From positions 33,761 through 97,760 of the IMG/VR virus record IMGVR_UViG_3300043432_000083: a stretch of 64,000 nt of DNA; one strand, written 5' to 3'. How positions within the stretch are numbered: the stretch's first letter is position 1; every line of letters starts with the position of its first letter. The DNA comes from a virus. Its lineage: Duplodnaviria > Caudoviricetes. The notes below the pieces were generated by a model. That model saw only the letters and a list, made by a program, of their open reading frames with translations, had not been told where the DNA came from and made no database searches. The translations under genes were made by a program, and so were the position numbers. Of the stretch, positions 63,703 through 64,000 are shown in pieces.

Positions 63703-64000
63703 ATATTCAGTTAGAGGGTACGGGGCAGGCGGTGACGGGTCCCGCCACTGGAACCAAAGCGCAGCAAAAGCGGGTGGCCCCAAGCCCAAAAGAAAGCGAT
63801 CTTGCCAATCGCAGCAGCCAACGACGGGGGCGGTTAGCAGTACCCAGTGTGACGGCGTTGGACGAACAGAGCGAGCCAGGGAGCGCGGCGTGATAACCAT
63901 CCGCGTCCCACCTGGTAACGGGGTCGCAGCGGAGGGGCTGCTTGGCCAGGTCCCGGAGAGGCTCGCGGGGAACATCAAAGGTCCTGCTCGGAGAACAAAA

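Larger units (their letters stand above)
1..64000 (-). mobile_element. Tailed dsDNA phage/prophage genome segment (Mu-like head and neck genes, self-encoded replisome)
   Basis: Co-oriented, tightly overlapping genes for terminase, portal, MuF, protease, capsid, neck, tail tube and replication; no host housekeeping operons. Confidence 0.97.

Overview
The whole window is one segment of a large tailed dsDNA phage or prophage genome, with essentially every gene on the minus strand. In transcription order (right to left) it contains five modules. (1) A replication/recombination module (~63.5-40.7 kb): primase, HD-domain alarmone-hydrolase-like protein, initiator with internal iterons, DnaC-like loader, DnaB-like helicase, ThyX, DNA methyltransferase, beta-clamp, a split family-A polymerase with an N-terminal UDG domain, Gmd, DnaX-like clamp loader, UvsY-, gp32- and RecA-like proteins, a resolvase, and Mre11 plus a split Rad50. 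(2) Terminase subunits and small accessory genes (~40-34.7 kb). (3) A Mu-like head module (34.5-22.5 kb): portal with two inteins, MuF, protease/scaffold, cement protein and major capsid protein. (4) A ~14 kb sugar-nucleotide/glycosyltransferase island (20-5.9 kb) that includes a ~1570-aa MTase-GT4-GT4-GT2 protein. (5) Neck/tail genes ending in a tail tube gene cut by the left edge. The most notable signal is in the head module. A 15-aa tag (Y-D-F-[DN]-P-[DN]-Q-A-R-D-x-x-G-K-W) occurs four times, at domain boundaries in portal and MuF. These boundaries delimit an ADP-ribosyltransferase-like, a topoisomerase IB and a Cys-His-Asp protease-like domain. Each tag starts at a [K/R]-x-Y site that also occurs at the capsid N-terminus and inside the protease. 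This suggests a protease-released, capsid-packaged effector cassette system. All product calls come from motif recognition by eye; no database search was run. No integrase, lysis cassette, complete tRNA or CRISPR array was recognised, and the host cannot be assigned.
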